64,000 bases of DNA from Thermoanaerobaculia bacterium (GTDB lineage Bacteria; Acidobacteriota; Thermoanaerobaculia; Multivoradales; UBA5704). The position numbers and the translations under genes are program-made. The notes beneath the pieces were generated by a model. The model saw only the letters and a list, made by a program, of their open reading frames with translations. It had not been told where the DNA came from and searched no databases. Below, in pieces: positions 47,208 to 58,278 of the stretch. The stretch is from NCBI GenBank assembly GCA_044226625.1, contig JBGAGQ010000012.1, forward strand, positions 32,001 through 96,000, written 5' to 3'. Numbering within the stretch: position 1 is the first letter of the stretch; each line of letters starts with the position of its first letter.

Positions 47208-48593
47208 TCAGAACGGGAACTCCAGGTTGTACGAATAGCGCCCGCGCTGGACCACCAACGGCAAGCCGCCGCGGTCGAAGCCGCGAAGCACCTCTTCGCC
47301 CAGACCGTCCAGGTCTTTGAGCTCGCGCCCGTTCGCGCCCAGGATCCCGTCTCCGGGGCGGAGGCCCGCGCGCTCGGCGGCGCTGTTGCGGGCGACCCGC
47401 TGGACGACCATCGCGTCGCCGTCGAACCCGACCGAAAGGCCGATCTGGTCTTCGAGGATGCGCAGGCCCAGTCCCTTGGGCGGAGCGGCGGGCGACAGGG
47501 TCACCTTGAGCGGCTTGCCCGAACGCCGAACTTCGAGAGGGAGGCCGCGGCCGGCGGGGAGCGAATAGAGCTCGGTCGTGACGTCCTCACGGGCGGCCAC
47601 CATGCGACCCCCCGCGGAGGTCACGAGATCGCCTTCGGCGAGGCCGGCCTGCGCGGCCGGCGAGCCCGGGTAGACCTTAAAGACCAGCGCGCCGCGCGAG
47701 GCGTCGAGGTCGTAACGGCGGGCGAGCTCGGCGTCGAGCGTGAGCAGCCGGAGGCCGGTCCAGAGCGGCCGGAGCTCGCCGAAACGGAGGAGGTCGTCGA
47801 CGATCCGCCGCGCGCGGTCGGCGGGGATCGCGAAACCGACGCTGTTGGCCCCCGAGACGATCGCCGTGTTGATGCCGATCACCTCGCCGAGGATGTTGAC
47901 CAGCGGCCCGCCCGAGTTGCCCGGGTTGATCGAGGCGTCGGTCTGGAGGAAATCGGTGAACGTCCGCTCGCCGCTTTCGGAGGGGACCGAGCGACCGCGC
48001 GCCGAGAGCACGCCGGCGGTCACCGAGTTCGAGAGGCCGAAGGGATTGCCGATCGCCACCACGCTCTCGCCGATCATCAGGTCGCCGCTCGTGCCGAGAG
48101 GCACCGAGGGGAGCCCTTTGACGTCGCGGACGTTCAGTACCGCGAGGTCCGCGTCGTGATCGAAACCGAGCACGTCGGCGTCCAGCTCCCGCCCGTCGAG
48201 CAGCGTGACGACGATCTTCGAGGCGCCCTCGACGACGTGGGCGTTCGTCACCACGATCCCCGACGGATCGATCACGAAACCCGATCCGAGAGATTGGGAG
48301 CGGCGGCTGCGCGAGCCGAAAAATTGGCCGAAGAAGGGATCGACCTCGCGGACGATCGACTCCGCCGAGATGTTGACCACCGCCGGCGCGACCTTTTCGA
48401 CCACCGCGACGACGGGGGTGCGGCGGGCGGCGAGGCTCTCCGAGCGAGACCCCGCGGCGGCGGCCGGGGGGGCTAGGGCGGCCATGGGGGAGTCTTGCGG
48501 CCGGGGGTTCGAGCGAAGCGCCACCAAGGCGCAGAGAGCGGCGAAGAGCAGGAGGAGAGCGAGCGGAGCGGCGACCGGAACAGTCCTCTTCAT
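47208..48593 (-). CDS. HtrA/DegP-family serine protease with two PDZ domains
   Basis: GSGF, TNAHV, DLAVL and TDASINPGNSGGPL. Confidence 0.95.
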   Translation of the reverse strand: MKRTVPVAAPLALLLLFAALCALVALRSNPRPQDSPMAALAPPAAAAGSRSESLAARRTPVVAVVEKVAPAVVNISAESIVREVDPFFGQFFGSRSRRSQSLGSGFVIDPSGIVVTNAHVVEGASKIVVTLLDGRELDADVLGFDHDADLAVLNVRDVKGLPSVPLGTSGDLMIGESVVAIGNPFGLSNSVTAGVLSARGRSVPSESGERTFTDFLQTDASINPGNSGGPLVNILGEVIGINTAIVSGANSVGFAIPADRARRIVDDLLRFGELRPLWTGLRLLTLDAELARRYDLDASRGALVFKVYPGSPAAQAGLAEGDLVTSAGGRMVAAREDVTTELYSLPAGRGLPLEVRRSGKPLKVTLSPAAPPKGLGLRILEDQIGLSVGFDGDAMVVQRVARNSAAERAGLRPGDGILGANGRELKDLDGLGEEVLRGFDRGGLPLVVQRGRYSYNLEFPF

Positions 48594-48668
48594 TCGCCGT
48601 AGATTAGAATACGACGCGCTCCGGGTGGAAGCGGAGCGGGCAAGACCCAGCTGCGAGGAGGCCCCATC

Positions 48669-50072
<1,404 letters not shown>

Positions 50073-50073
50073 C

Positions 50074-51639
50074 ATGAAGGCCTTCCACGTTTCCTGCGGC
50101 CTGCTCGCGCTCCTCGCTGCGTTCGGACCCGCGGCCTCCTCGGCGAAGAGCGCCGTCAAGAAGAAGCCGCCCCAGAAACCCGTCCCCAAGGTGGTGCAGG
50201 CCGCGCCGGTCGACCCGCGGATCGAGACGATCGCGGTGCCGAGCCCGAATTCGCCGATGGTCGCGGTGCGCCTGCTGTTCCGGGTCGGCTCGATGGACGA
50301 TCCCGCCGGCAAGGAAGGGCTCGCGGCGCTCACCGGTCTGATGCTCGGCCAAGGGGGAACGACCGAGCGCAGCTACGCCCAGCTGATCGAGGCGCTCTAT
50401 CCGCTCGCCGCGTCCATCGGCGTCTCGACCGACCGCGAGGTCACGACGATCGCGGGCGAGGTCCATCGCGACAAGTTGGCGGATTTCACCTCGCTCCTGG
50501 TCGAGGCCGTCACCCACCCCGCGTTCTCGCAGGCCGATTTCGAGCGCAACCGGGAGCAGCTCGAGGTCTTCCTCTCGACCACCCTCCGCTCGTCGAACGA
50601 CGAGCTCCTGGGCATCGAGGCGCTCCAGCAGCGGCTCTTCGCCGGCCATCCGTACGGCCACGAGCCGGCGGGCACGATCCAGGGGCTCAAGAGCCTCACG
50701 CTCGACGACGTGAAGCGCTTCTATCAGGAGAGCTTCACCCGCAGCCGGCTGGTGCTCGGCGTGGGAGGCGGGTATCCCGACGGCTGGATCGCCCAGCTCA
50801 AGGGGGGCCTCGCGAAGCTGCCGCTCGGCACCGCCGTGGCGCGCGACCTGCCGGCGCCGCCGAGCGTTTCCGGCCGCCGGATCGCGCTGGTCGAGAAGGC
50901 GACCGCCTCGGTCGGAATCCACTTCGGCTTCCCGCTCGCCCTTACCCGCAAAGACCCGGACTACTACCCGCTGATGGTCGCCGCGAGCTTCCTCGGCGAG
51001 CATCGGACGTCGCACGGCGTCCTCTACGAAGAGCTGCGGGAAAAGCGCGGCTTGAACTACGGCGACTACGCGTATCTCGAGTTCTATCCGCGTCCGCCTT
51101 TCTCCAACTCCCCGGCGCCGGGTTTTCCCCGCCGGCAACAGTATTTCTCGATCTGGATCCGCCCGGTCCAGCCCGCGGATGCGCAGTTCGCCCTGCGCGC
51201 GGCGCTCTACGAGCTCGAAAAGCTGATTCGGGACGGCATGACCCCGGCGGATTTCGAGCTCACGCGCTCCTTCCTCACCAACTACACGAAGCTCTGGACC
51301 CAGACGCTCTCCGACCGCCTGGGCTTCGCGCTCGACAGCCGCTACTACGACATGTCGCCGTTCGTCGACGAGGTGGAGCAACGTCTCGCCAAGCTGACCG
51401 TCGACGACGTCAATCGGGCGATCCGAAAATATCTGCAGACGAACAACCTGCAGATCGTGTTCGTCACCTCGGGAGCCGAGGAGCTGAAAGCGGGGATCGA
51501 GCGCGACGTGCCCGTGCCCAAGAAGTATGGAACCGAGGTCTCGGCGGAGCTGCTGGCCGAAGACGAGCTGATCCAGCGGACCAAGATCAAGCCCGCCTCG
51601 GTCGAGGTCGTTCCGGTCGACCGGATGTTCGAGAAGTAG
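50074..51639 (+). CDS. M16B peptidase, non-catalytic partner subunit
   Basis: Lacks HxxEH but has HPYG and LREKRGLNY. Adjacent to the catalytic subunit. Confidence 0.9.
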   Translation: MKAFHVSCGLLALLAAFGPAASSAKSAVKKKPPQKPVPKVVQAAPVDPRIETIAVPSPNSPMVAVRLLFRVGSMDDPAGKEGLAALTGLMLGQGGTTERSYAQLIEALYPLAASIGVSTDREVTTIAGEVHRDKLADFTSLLVEAVTHPAFSQADFERNREQLEVFLSTTLRSSNDELLGIEALQQRLFAGHPYGHEPAGTIQGLKSLTLDDVKRFYQESFTRSRLVLGVGGGYPDGWIAQLKGGLAKLPLGTAVARDLPAPPSVSGRRIALVEKATASVGIHFGFPLALTRKDPDYYPLMVAASFLGEHRTSHGVLYEELREKRGLNYGDYAYLEFYPRPPFSNSPAPGFPRRQQYFSIWIRPVQPADAQFALRAALYELEKLIRDGMTPADFELTRSFLTNYTKLWTQTLSDRLGFALDSRYYDMSPFVDEVEQRLAKLTVDDVNRAIRKYLQTNNLQIVFVTSGAEELKAGIERDVPVPKKYGTEVSAELLAEDELIQRTKIKPASVEVVPVDRMFEK

Positions 51640-51673
51640 GCGGGGGACTCCTCGCCGACGAAGCGCTTCAAGA

Positions 51674-51702
51674 GAGGGAGGGGTTCTTCCCCTCCCCCTC
51701 CT
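51674..51702. terminator. Hairpin between convergent genes
   Basis: gggagggg...cccctccc inverted repeat. Confidence 0.45.
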
Positions 51703-51733
51703 CGGAGGCGCTAGAGATCACCTCTCGCCCGGA

Positions 51734-53506
51734 TCACCACCAACCGAACTGGGTACCCGCCTCGCGGATGCTCGAAAAGACCATTCCGCTCACCGAACCG
51801 ACGAGCGCTCCGCCGATTCCTCCCGTGAACAACCCCTCGATCCCTCCCCAGACCATTCCCGAGAAATCCGCGCGGGCGAGCTTGTCTTCGTCGTATCGCG
51901 GCGCCTGCTGAGCTTCATTACCGAGTTTCCAAGGGCTCGCCGGATCAGCTGTTTGACGGTTCCAGTACGCGATGCTGAAGCGTGCGACGGAGCTTGCCAT
52001 CAGGATCGTTCGATCGTTCCAAGCGGTCCCGGTGGGACTCTCCTGGCGTCCGACCGGCGGCAGGGGGACACAGTCGCCGAGTCGCGAGGGGCACCAGAAA
52101 TCGCAGGGCGGCGGCCAGCCGAAGGGGCACGCCGGAAGAGGGTGGCCGGGATCGCCATAGATGATTCCCGGAGCGGATTCCCCTCCGCCCGGTCCGATGC
52201 CCGTGCGGCGCAGGACTCCCTCTTCGATCTCCTTGATACGCGAGATCGCGGCCTCCGGCGGCAGCGAAATGGCCGCGCTGATTTCTTCCACCTCCCGGCT
52301 CTGCTCAAGGGAGTATCCGGCGCGCACCGAGAGATGGTCGAGCGGCGAGTCGGCCGCCAAACCGATCGAAAAGATTCGGCGCGATATGTCCCCCTGGCAG
52401 CCTTCCGTGGGGCCGCCGGCCCGTTGGATGTCCGACCACGCTTCTCTCGTCAGCAGGTCCACGACGTCTCCCGGCAGGACGACGCCCCGAGTCTCGAGGG
52501 TCGACCTCTGCCGGGCGACGAAGTCGAGCATCTCGTTGTGAAGCTTGCCGTAGGAATCGAAAGGGTTTTTCGGGTTGTCGGGGATGAGAACCCCGGTGGA
52601 CTCGGGTGGAGCGGGGAACGGCACCGAAGAGCGCCTCGGCACGGCGAAGGTCAAATTCACCCCGGCGCGCCACCCCGTGCTGAAACCGTGATCCCCCGAA
52701 ATCGCGAGCCCGAAGCGGTCGGCCAGCCGCACCTCGACCCCGGCCCCGGCCGTGAAGTCGGCGGTCGAAGACGATTCGAAACGGCGCCCTTCGACGTCGA
52801 GCTTCGGCGTCCCGTCGCCGAAGGTATAGACACCCCCCGTGGGCAGAACGGAAAGGCCGCGAACGCCCGCCGAAAGGTAGGGCTTCACCCGGTCGGTGCG
52901 AAAAGGGTAAACCCTCGCGTTCGCATGCCCTGACAGCAGGCGAAACTCGATCTCCTCACGATCGGTCGATCGAGGACCCGAAGGTGCGCGCCGGGAGGCC
53001 GTGCCGGTACCGTATGAAAACCCGAGGTCGAGCGCCAGCCAATCTCGGATGCCCAACACGGTACCGATCCCCACCAGAGGGTCGCTGTCCACGGAGGTGG
53101 CGCCAAAGGCGGGGGCGGACAGATCTCCATCCGGAGAAAACACGCGTCTCGGCGTGAAGCCGGAAGAGAGGGCTGGAGCGGCTAGATCGCCGTAACCACC
53201 CATCTGATCGGTCGAGAAGAAAACCTCCCTTCGGTTACGCGCGGAGAACTCCTGAAGCTCCGCCTCGGAGAGGAAGGCGTCCTTTGGATCGATGTCGCGG
53301 GTGATCAGACCGGAGATCACACAGACGTGATAGACGATTCCGTTGATCGTTTCGTCCTTACCCCAGGTCCCGCTCTTGCCGTTGATCTTGCAGGATGTTT
53401 CGCCCGGAGGTTTGGGGCAGGAGAAGCACTTGATGGTCTGTCCGGCATGTAGTGTGGCGGTCATCGATAGGCCAAGCAGAAGTGAACGAGCGAGCGTACG
53501 TCTCAT
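51734..53506 (-). CDS. Secreted multidomain protein: Cys-rich N-domain, OmpA/OmpW-like beta-barrel, helical domain, C-terminal Gly-zipper
   Basis: Signal peptide ending LHA. Barrel-like strands (LALDLGFSY, KPYLSAGV, AGAGVEVRL, WRAGVNLTF), NPFDSYGKLHN, and GMVWGGIEGLFTGGIGGALVG. AAAGGAG RBS. Confidence 0.65.
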   Translation of the reverse strand: MRRTLARSLLLGLSMTATLHAGQTIKCFSCPKPPGETSCKINGKSGTWGKDETINGIVYHVCVISGLITRDIDPKDAFLSEAELQEFSARNRREVFFSTDQMGGYGDLAAPALSSGFTPRRVFSPDGDLSAPAFGATSVDSDPLVGIGTVLGIRDWLALDLGFSYGTGTASRRAPSGPRSTDREEIEFRLLSGHANARVYPFRTDRVKPYLSAGVRGLSVLPTGGVYTFGDGTPKLDVEGRRFESSSTADFTAGAGVEVRLADRFGLAISGDHGFSTGWRAGVNLTFAVPRRSSVPFPAPPESTGVLIPDNPKNPFDSYGKLHNEMLDFVARQRSTLETRGVVLPGDVVDLLTREAWSDIQRAGGPTEGCQGDISRRIFSIGLAADSPLDHLSVRAGYSLEQSREVEEISAAISLPPEAAISRIKEIEEGVLRRTGIGPGGGESAPGIIYGDPGHPLPACPFGWPPPCDFWCPSRLGDCVPLPPVGRQESPTGTAWNDRTILMASSVARFSIAYWNRQTADPASPWKLGNEAQQAPRYDEDKLARADFSGMVWGGIEGLFTGGIGGALVGSVSGMVFSSIREAGTQFGWW

Positions 53507-53774
53507 CGACGATCTCCTTTGCTCCCCAGCGCCCAAAATCGGACTCTCGGGTCCGCTTCCTGGCTTGGCAACAATGGGACCGACGTCTATTTCGAGGGAA
53601 TGCGAGGCGTAAACCCTTGCAAACTCGGCAAGAGGGGACAAGGCGGCGCCCGCCCGAGCTCCTTGAATTTCAGGGTGCCTTAACCATGATCATGGCAGCG
53701 GCGCCCTGGCGTGATCTCAATCCGGAGCGGCGCGGGGAACTCTGTGACGCGGAAGCTTGCGACGCGAAACCCCG

Positions 53775-55181
53775 CTATTCCTCGTCCGCTTCTCCCTCCG
53801 CCCCGCCCTTCAAGCCGGCCTTCTTGGCGTAGTAGCGGAAGGATCGGAAGCTCATGCCGAGCAGCTCGGCGGCCTGGGTCTGGACACCGTGGGTGCGCTC
53901 GAGCGCCTGGACCATCAGCTGCGCGCGGATGTCTTCGAGATAGGCCTCCAGGTCGAGCCCCTCCTCGGGGAGAGAGATGATCTCCGCGTGGCTCTTCCGG
54001 TGCGTGAGCAGCTGCACCGGCAGATCCCGGGTGGTGATCGTCTCGGAGTGCGCCAGGGCGAGCGTCCGCTCGATCATGTTCTCGAGCTCGCGGACGTTGC
54101 CGGGCCAATCGTAGGCTTCGAGCATCCGCATCGCGTCGATCGAGATCTGGCGCGGCGAGAGGTGCATTTCGCCGCAGTACTTCTGGAGGAAGAAATCGAC
54201 CAGCAACGGGATGTCTTCCCGCCGGTGGCGAAGCGCGGGAAGCTCGATCGGGATGACGTTGATGCGGTAGAACAGGTCCTCTCGGAACTCCCCTTTAGCG
54301 ATCCGCTCTTCGAGGTTCTGGTTGGTCGCCGCGATCACCCGGACGTCGATGGATTCCTCGACGTTGCCTCCCACCTTGCGGATCTTCCGCTCCTGGAGCG
54401 CGCGCAGGAGCTTCACCTGCATGGTGAGGGACATCTCGCCGATCTCGTCGAGGAAGATGGTCCCCCGGTTCGCTTCCTGGAACAGGCCCTTCTTCTCGCG
54501 CACCGCGCCGGTGAACGCGCCACGCTCGTGGCCGAAGAGCTCGCTTTCGAGCAGGGTCTCGGGGAGCGCGCCGCAGTTGATCGAAAGGATGCGGTTCGCC
54601 GCGCGCGGGCTCGCGTAGTGGATGGCGCGGGCGATCAACTCCTTGCCGGTGCCGCTCTCGCCCTGGATCAGGACGGTCGAGGCGGTGCGGGCGATCCGCT
54701 CGATCAGCGAGAAGATCGCCTGCATGCGGGCGCTCTTGCCGATGATGTTGTTGAAGGTGTATTTCTTCTCGAGCGCCTTCCTCAGGTAGACGTTTTCGTC
54801 CACCAGCTCGGCGCGCTCGAGCGCCTTCTGGATCACGATCTTGAGCTCGTCGACGTCGAACGGCTTCGAGATGTAGTCGAAGGCGCCGAGCTTCATCGCG
54901 TCGATCGCCGACTTCGTCGAGGTGTAGGCGGTCATCATGACGACCGGGGCTTCCGGATTCGAGGCCTTGATCTCGCGCAGCAGGTCGAGGCCGTTGCCGT
55001 CCGGCATCATGATGTCGCACAGGACGAGGTCGAGGCCCCCTTGGGCGAGCACCCGGCGCGCCTCCTCGGCCGAGCGCGCGGTCTCGACCGCGTACCCCTC
55101 GTCGGCGAACAGCAGGGTGAGCATGTCGAGCATGCTCGGCTCGTCGTCCACTACCAGTAGACGCGCGTGGGTCGGGCTCAC
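53775..55181 (-). CDS. pilR: Sigma-54-dependent response regulator (PilR-like)
   Basis: REC domain, GESGTGKE, GAFTGA, WPGNVRELEN and a Fis HTH. Context is downstream of pilC/pilS. Confidence 0.88.
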   Translation of the reverse strand: MSPTHARLLVVDDEPSMLDMLTLLFADEGYAVETARSAEEARRVLAQGGLDLVLCDIMMPDGNGLDLLREIKASNPEAPVVMMTAYTSTKSAIDAMKLGAFDYISKPFDVDELKIVIQKALERAELVDENVYLRKALEKKYTFNNIIGKSARMQAIFSLIERIARTASTVLIQGESGTGKELIARAIHYASPRAANRILSINCGALPETLLESELFGHERGAFTGAVREKKGLFQEANRGTIFLDEIGEMSLTMQVKLLRALQERKIRKVGGNVEESIDVRVIAATNQNLEERIAKGEFREDLFYRINVIPIELPALRHRREDIPLLVDFFLQKYCGEMHLSPRQISIDAMRMLEAYDWPGNVRELENMIERTLALAHSETITTRDLPVQLLTHRKSHAEIISLPEEGLDLEAYLEDIRAQLMVQALERTHGVQTQAAELLGMSFRSFRYYAKKAGLKGGAEGEADEE

Positions 55182-56956
55182 GGGTTGGCCTCCACGATGG
55201 CGATCTCCGCGGTGCTCGGTCGTTCCGAGGGGAGCGGAGGAGAGAGCGGGAGCTCGACCGTGATGGTCGCCCCCTCGTTGGGACGGCTTTCGACCGAGAC
55301 CTCGCCGCCGTGCTCCTGGACGATGCGATAGACGATCGCCATGCCGATGCCGGTCCCGCCGTCGAAGAACGAACGGAACGGGTGAAAGAGGTTCGCGCGC
55401 TGCTCGGCCGTCATGCCGCGGCCGGTGTCGGCGAACCGGAGCCGATACCGGTCGCCGTTCGAGCGTCCGGAGATGCGCAGCTCGCCCCCTTCGGGCATCG
55501 CGCGCAAGGCGTTTCGCGCCAGATTCCAAAAGATCTGGCTCAACTGGTCGGCGTCGGCGACCAGCGTCGTGCTGTGCGATTCGAGGTCGAGGCTCAAGCG
55601 GTGCCCCTCCGAGACTTCGCCGCTGTTCCGGAGCAGCTCGAAGTTTTCCGCGAGCAGGCGCCCGATGTCGATCGCCGAGGTGGAGAGCTCCCGCGGGCGG
55701 GCAAAGCGGAGGAATCCCTTGATCGTCCGATCGAGACGTTGGCTCTCCTTGAGCAGGATGTCGAGCAGCCGGCGCTGCGACGACTCGGTCGGAACGTTCG
55801 CCGAGAGCATCTGCACCGAGCCGGAGATCGCCGCCAGAGGATTGCCGATCTCATGCGCGAGGCCCGCGGCGAGCTCGCCGACGGCCGCCATGCGGTCTTT
55901 GACCTGCATCTCCTCCTGGAGCCTGCGCCAGCGGGTCAGATCCTGGAAGATCAGGATGTAGCCGCGCTGGACGCCATAGGCGTCGGCGAGATGGGAGATC
56001 GAAAACCCCACGTATCCGGCGGTGCCGCCATAGGTGAGCTCGACCTCCGAGCGCACCCTGCCGCTCTGGCCGCTCGCGTCGGCGAGCTCGGCCCAGCGCG
56101 GAGCCGAGAACAGGCCCGAGCTCCAGATCGGCGCTCCGACCAGCTCGGCTTCCCCTTTCCTCAAGATCTCGGACCCGGCGCGGTTGACGCTCTTGATCAC
56201 CCCGTCGAGGTCCGCGGTCACGAGCCCGCTGCTGATCGACTCGATCACGTCGCGGTGGACGACCTGGAGATCCGCGAGGTCCCCTTTTTTCGCCTCGAGC
56301 TCGAGCTCGGCGCGGGCGATGTTGTGGGCCAAATAGGAGGTGAGGAGTGCCACGGCGTAGAAGCCGAACAGATGGACCGCGAGGTTGTAAGTCAGGCGCC
56401 AGATCGAGACGTCGTCGCCGGAAATCTTGGGCGGCGGGAGGGTGTGGAAGTGGATTCCGAGCAGCAGCCCCGCGTAGAGGACGTAGGCGACCGTCGCCAC
56501 CGCCATCCCGGCGCTCCGCCGCAGGAGGGTCGCGGCGACCGCGATGACGATCAGGTAGAGCATCGAGAACGGGCTCGAGATGCCCCCCAGCTGATAGACC
56601 AAGGCGGTGATCAGGATCAGATCGCCGAAGAACTGGATGTAGGCCTGGAGCTTGTAATACCCCGGCAGGAGCTTGAGCAGCGCGAGGTAGACCAGCGTCG
56701 CCGCGAAGGTGAGCGCGGCGATCGCGTAGAGAAACCCGAACGGCAGCCCGGTCTCGCCGGGAGCGATCAAGGGGGTCTGCGACGTCGCGTCGGGCTGCGC
56801 ATGGACCGCCGCGGCCGCCGCGGGCGAGCCGAGGTCGGAAATCTCGGTCGATCTCGTGTCCGCGAGCTGCAACAGAAAGTAGAGGAGCAGCACGCTGCCG
56901 ACGGCCACCAGCCGGATCGCGATGTACCAACGAAGCTGGCGGGCAAGGGCGGGCAT
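55178..56956 (-). CDS. pilS: Sensor histidine kinase (PilS-like)
   Basis: Multi-TM N-terminus, PAS, AHEIGNPL, NLARNA and GTGIG. Pil gene context. Confidence 0.85.
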   Translation of the reverse strand: MPALARQLRWYIAIRLVAVGSVLLLYFLLQLADTRSTEISDLGSPAAAAAVHAQPDATSQTPLIAPGETGLPFGFLYAIAALTFAATLVYLALLKLLPGYYKLQAYIQFFGDLILITALVYQLGGISSPFSMLYLIVIAVAATLLRRSAGMAVATVAYVLYAGLLLGIHFHTLPPPKISGDDVSIWRLTYNLAVHLFGFYAVALLTSYLAHNIARAELELEAKKGDLADLQVVHRDVIESISSGLVTADLDGVIKSVNRAGSEILRKGEAELVGAPIWSSGLFSAPRWAELADASGQSGRVRSEVELTYGGTAGYVGFSISHLADAYGVQRGYILIFQDLTRWRRLQEEMQVKDRMAAVGELAAGLAHEIGNPLAAISGSVQMLSANVPTESSQRRLLDILLKESQRLDRTIKGFLRFARPRELSTSAIDIGRLLAENFELLRNSGEVSEGHRLSLDLESHSTTLVADADQLSQIFWNLARNALRAMPEGGELRISGRSNGDRYRLRFADTGRGMTAEQRANLFHPFRSFFDGGTGIGMAIVYRIVQEHGGEVSVESRPNEGATITVELPLSPPLPSERPSTAEIAIVEANP

Positions 56957-57001
56957 CGGCGAAAGGATAGGACTTCGCGCGCGGGATGAGAAGCCGACGG
57001 G

Positions 57002-57024
57002 CCCGGGCGGCGGTGCCGCCCGGG
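57002..57024. terminator. GC hairpin downstream of pilC
   Basis: Perfect 10-bp stem cccgggcggc-ggt-gccgcccggg. Confidence 0.5.
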
Positions 57025-57045
57025 GGAGGGATCGACCTTCCGGCC

Positions 57046-58251
57046 TCAGCCGATCTTCGACAGGATCGAGTAGAGCGGCAGGTACATGGCCGCGACGATC
57101 GTGCCGATGACCACGCCGAGGACCGTGATCATCAACGGCTCGAGCAGCTTCATCAGGCCGCTGACCGCGGTGTCGACCTCTTCTTCATAGAAGTCGGCGA
57201 TCTTGGACAGCATCTGATCGAGCGCGCCGGTCTGCTCGCCGACGTTGATCATCTGGACGACCATCGGCGGGAAGACCTTCGTGTCGCCGAGCGGCTCGGA
57301 GATCGTCCGCCCTTCCTCGACGCTCTTGCGCACCGACATGACGGCGTCCTCGATGATCGCGTTCCCCGCGGTTTTCGCGGTGATCTCGAGGCCGTCGAGG
57401 ATCGGAACGCCCGACGAGGTGAGGGTGCCGAGCGTGCGGCAGAACCGGGCGACGGCGATCTTGCGCAGGAGCATGCCGATCACCGGGATCTTGAGCAGGA
57501 TGCCGTCGATCACGCGTCGGCCGCGGTAGGTCTTGTGGTACTGCCGCAGGAAGAAGATCAGCGCGCCGATGAGGATCAGGATGAACGGGAAGAAGCGTCC
57601 GACGAAGTTGCTCGCCCCGATCACCGCTCGGGTGAGGAAAGGCATCTCGCTGCCCAAACCGGCGAACAGCTGGGCGAACACGGGAATGACTTTCCAAAGG
57701 ATGATGGTGACGACGCCCGCGGCGATCACGATGACCGTGATCGGGTAGACCAGCGCGGATTTCACCTGGCTCTTGAGCTTGACGATCTTCTCGATATACG
57801 ACGACAAGCGCTGCAGGATGATGTCGAGGATACCGCCCGCCTCGCCGGCCGCGACCATGTTGACGAAGAGGTTGTCGAACGCCTTCGGGTGCTTGCGCAT
57901 CGCGTCGGCGAGCGAAGCGCCGGACTCCACGTCGGTTCGCACGGCATGGATGATCGCCTGGAATCCCTGGTGCTCTTCCTGCTCGCCGAGGATCTCGAGG
58001 CACTGGACCAGCGGCAGGCCGGCGTCGAGCATGACCGAGAACTGACGGGTGAAGATCGCGATCCGCTTCGCGCTGATCCCGCGCGGCAGTCGGGGCAGGA
58101 CTTTGATCTCCTTGCCCTTCTCCCGCATGGTGGTCACCTGGATCTGCTGGCGGCGAAGCACCGCGATGGCCGCCTCGCGGTTCTCCGCGAGCAGCTGACC
58201 TTCCTGCGGCTGCCCCGTCCGCGTTCGGCCTTTCCAGACGAAATTGGGCAT
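57046..58251 (-). CDS. pilC: Type IV pilus inner-membrane platform protein
   Basis: FTRQFSVMLDAGLPL, AGEAGGILD, GEQTGALD and EPL...AMYLP. Confidence 0.96.
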   Translation of the reverse strand: MPNFVWKGRTRTGQPQEGQLLAENREAAIAVLRRQQIQVTTMREKGKEIKVLPRLPRGISAKRIAIFTRQFSVMLDAGLPLVQCLEILGEQEEHQGFQAIIHAVRTDVESGASLADAMRKHPKAFDNLFVNMVAAGEAGGILDIILQRLSSYIEKIVKLKSQVKSALVYPITVIVIAAGVVTIILWKVIPVFAQLFAGLGSEMPFLTRAVIGASNFVGRFFPFILILIGALIFFLRQYHKTYRGRRVIDGILLKIPVIGMLLRKIAVARFCRTLGTLTSSGVPILDGLEITAKTAGNAIIEDAVMSVRKSVEEGRTISEPLGDTKVFPPMVVQMINVGEQTGALDQMLSKIADFYEEEVDTAVSGLMKLLEPLMITVLGVVIGTIVAAMYLPLYSILSKIG

Positions 58252-58278
58252 CGACGTAGCTCCCTGGGTGCCGCGCGG

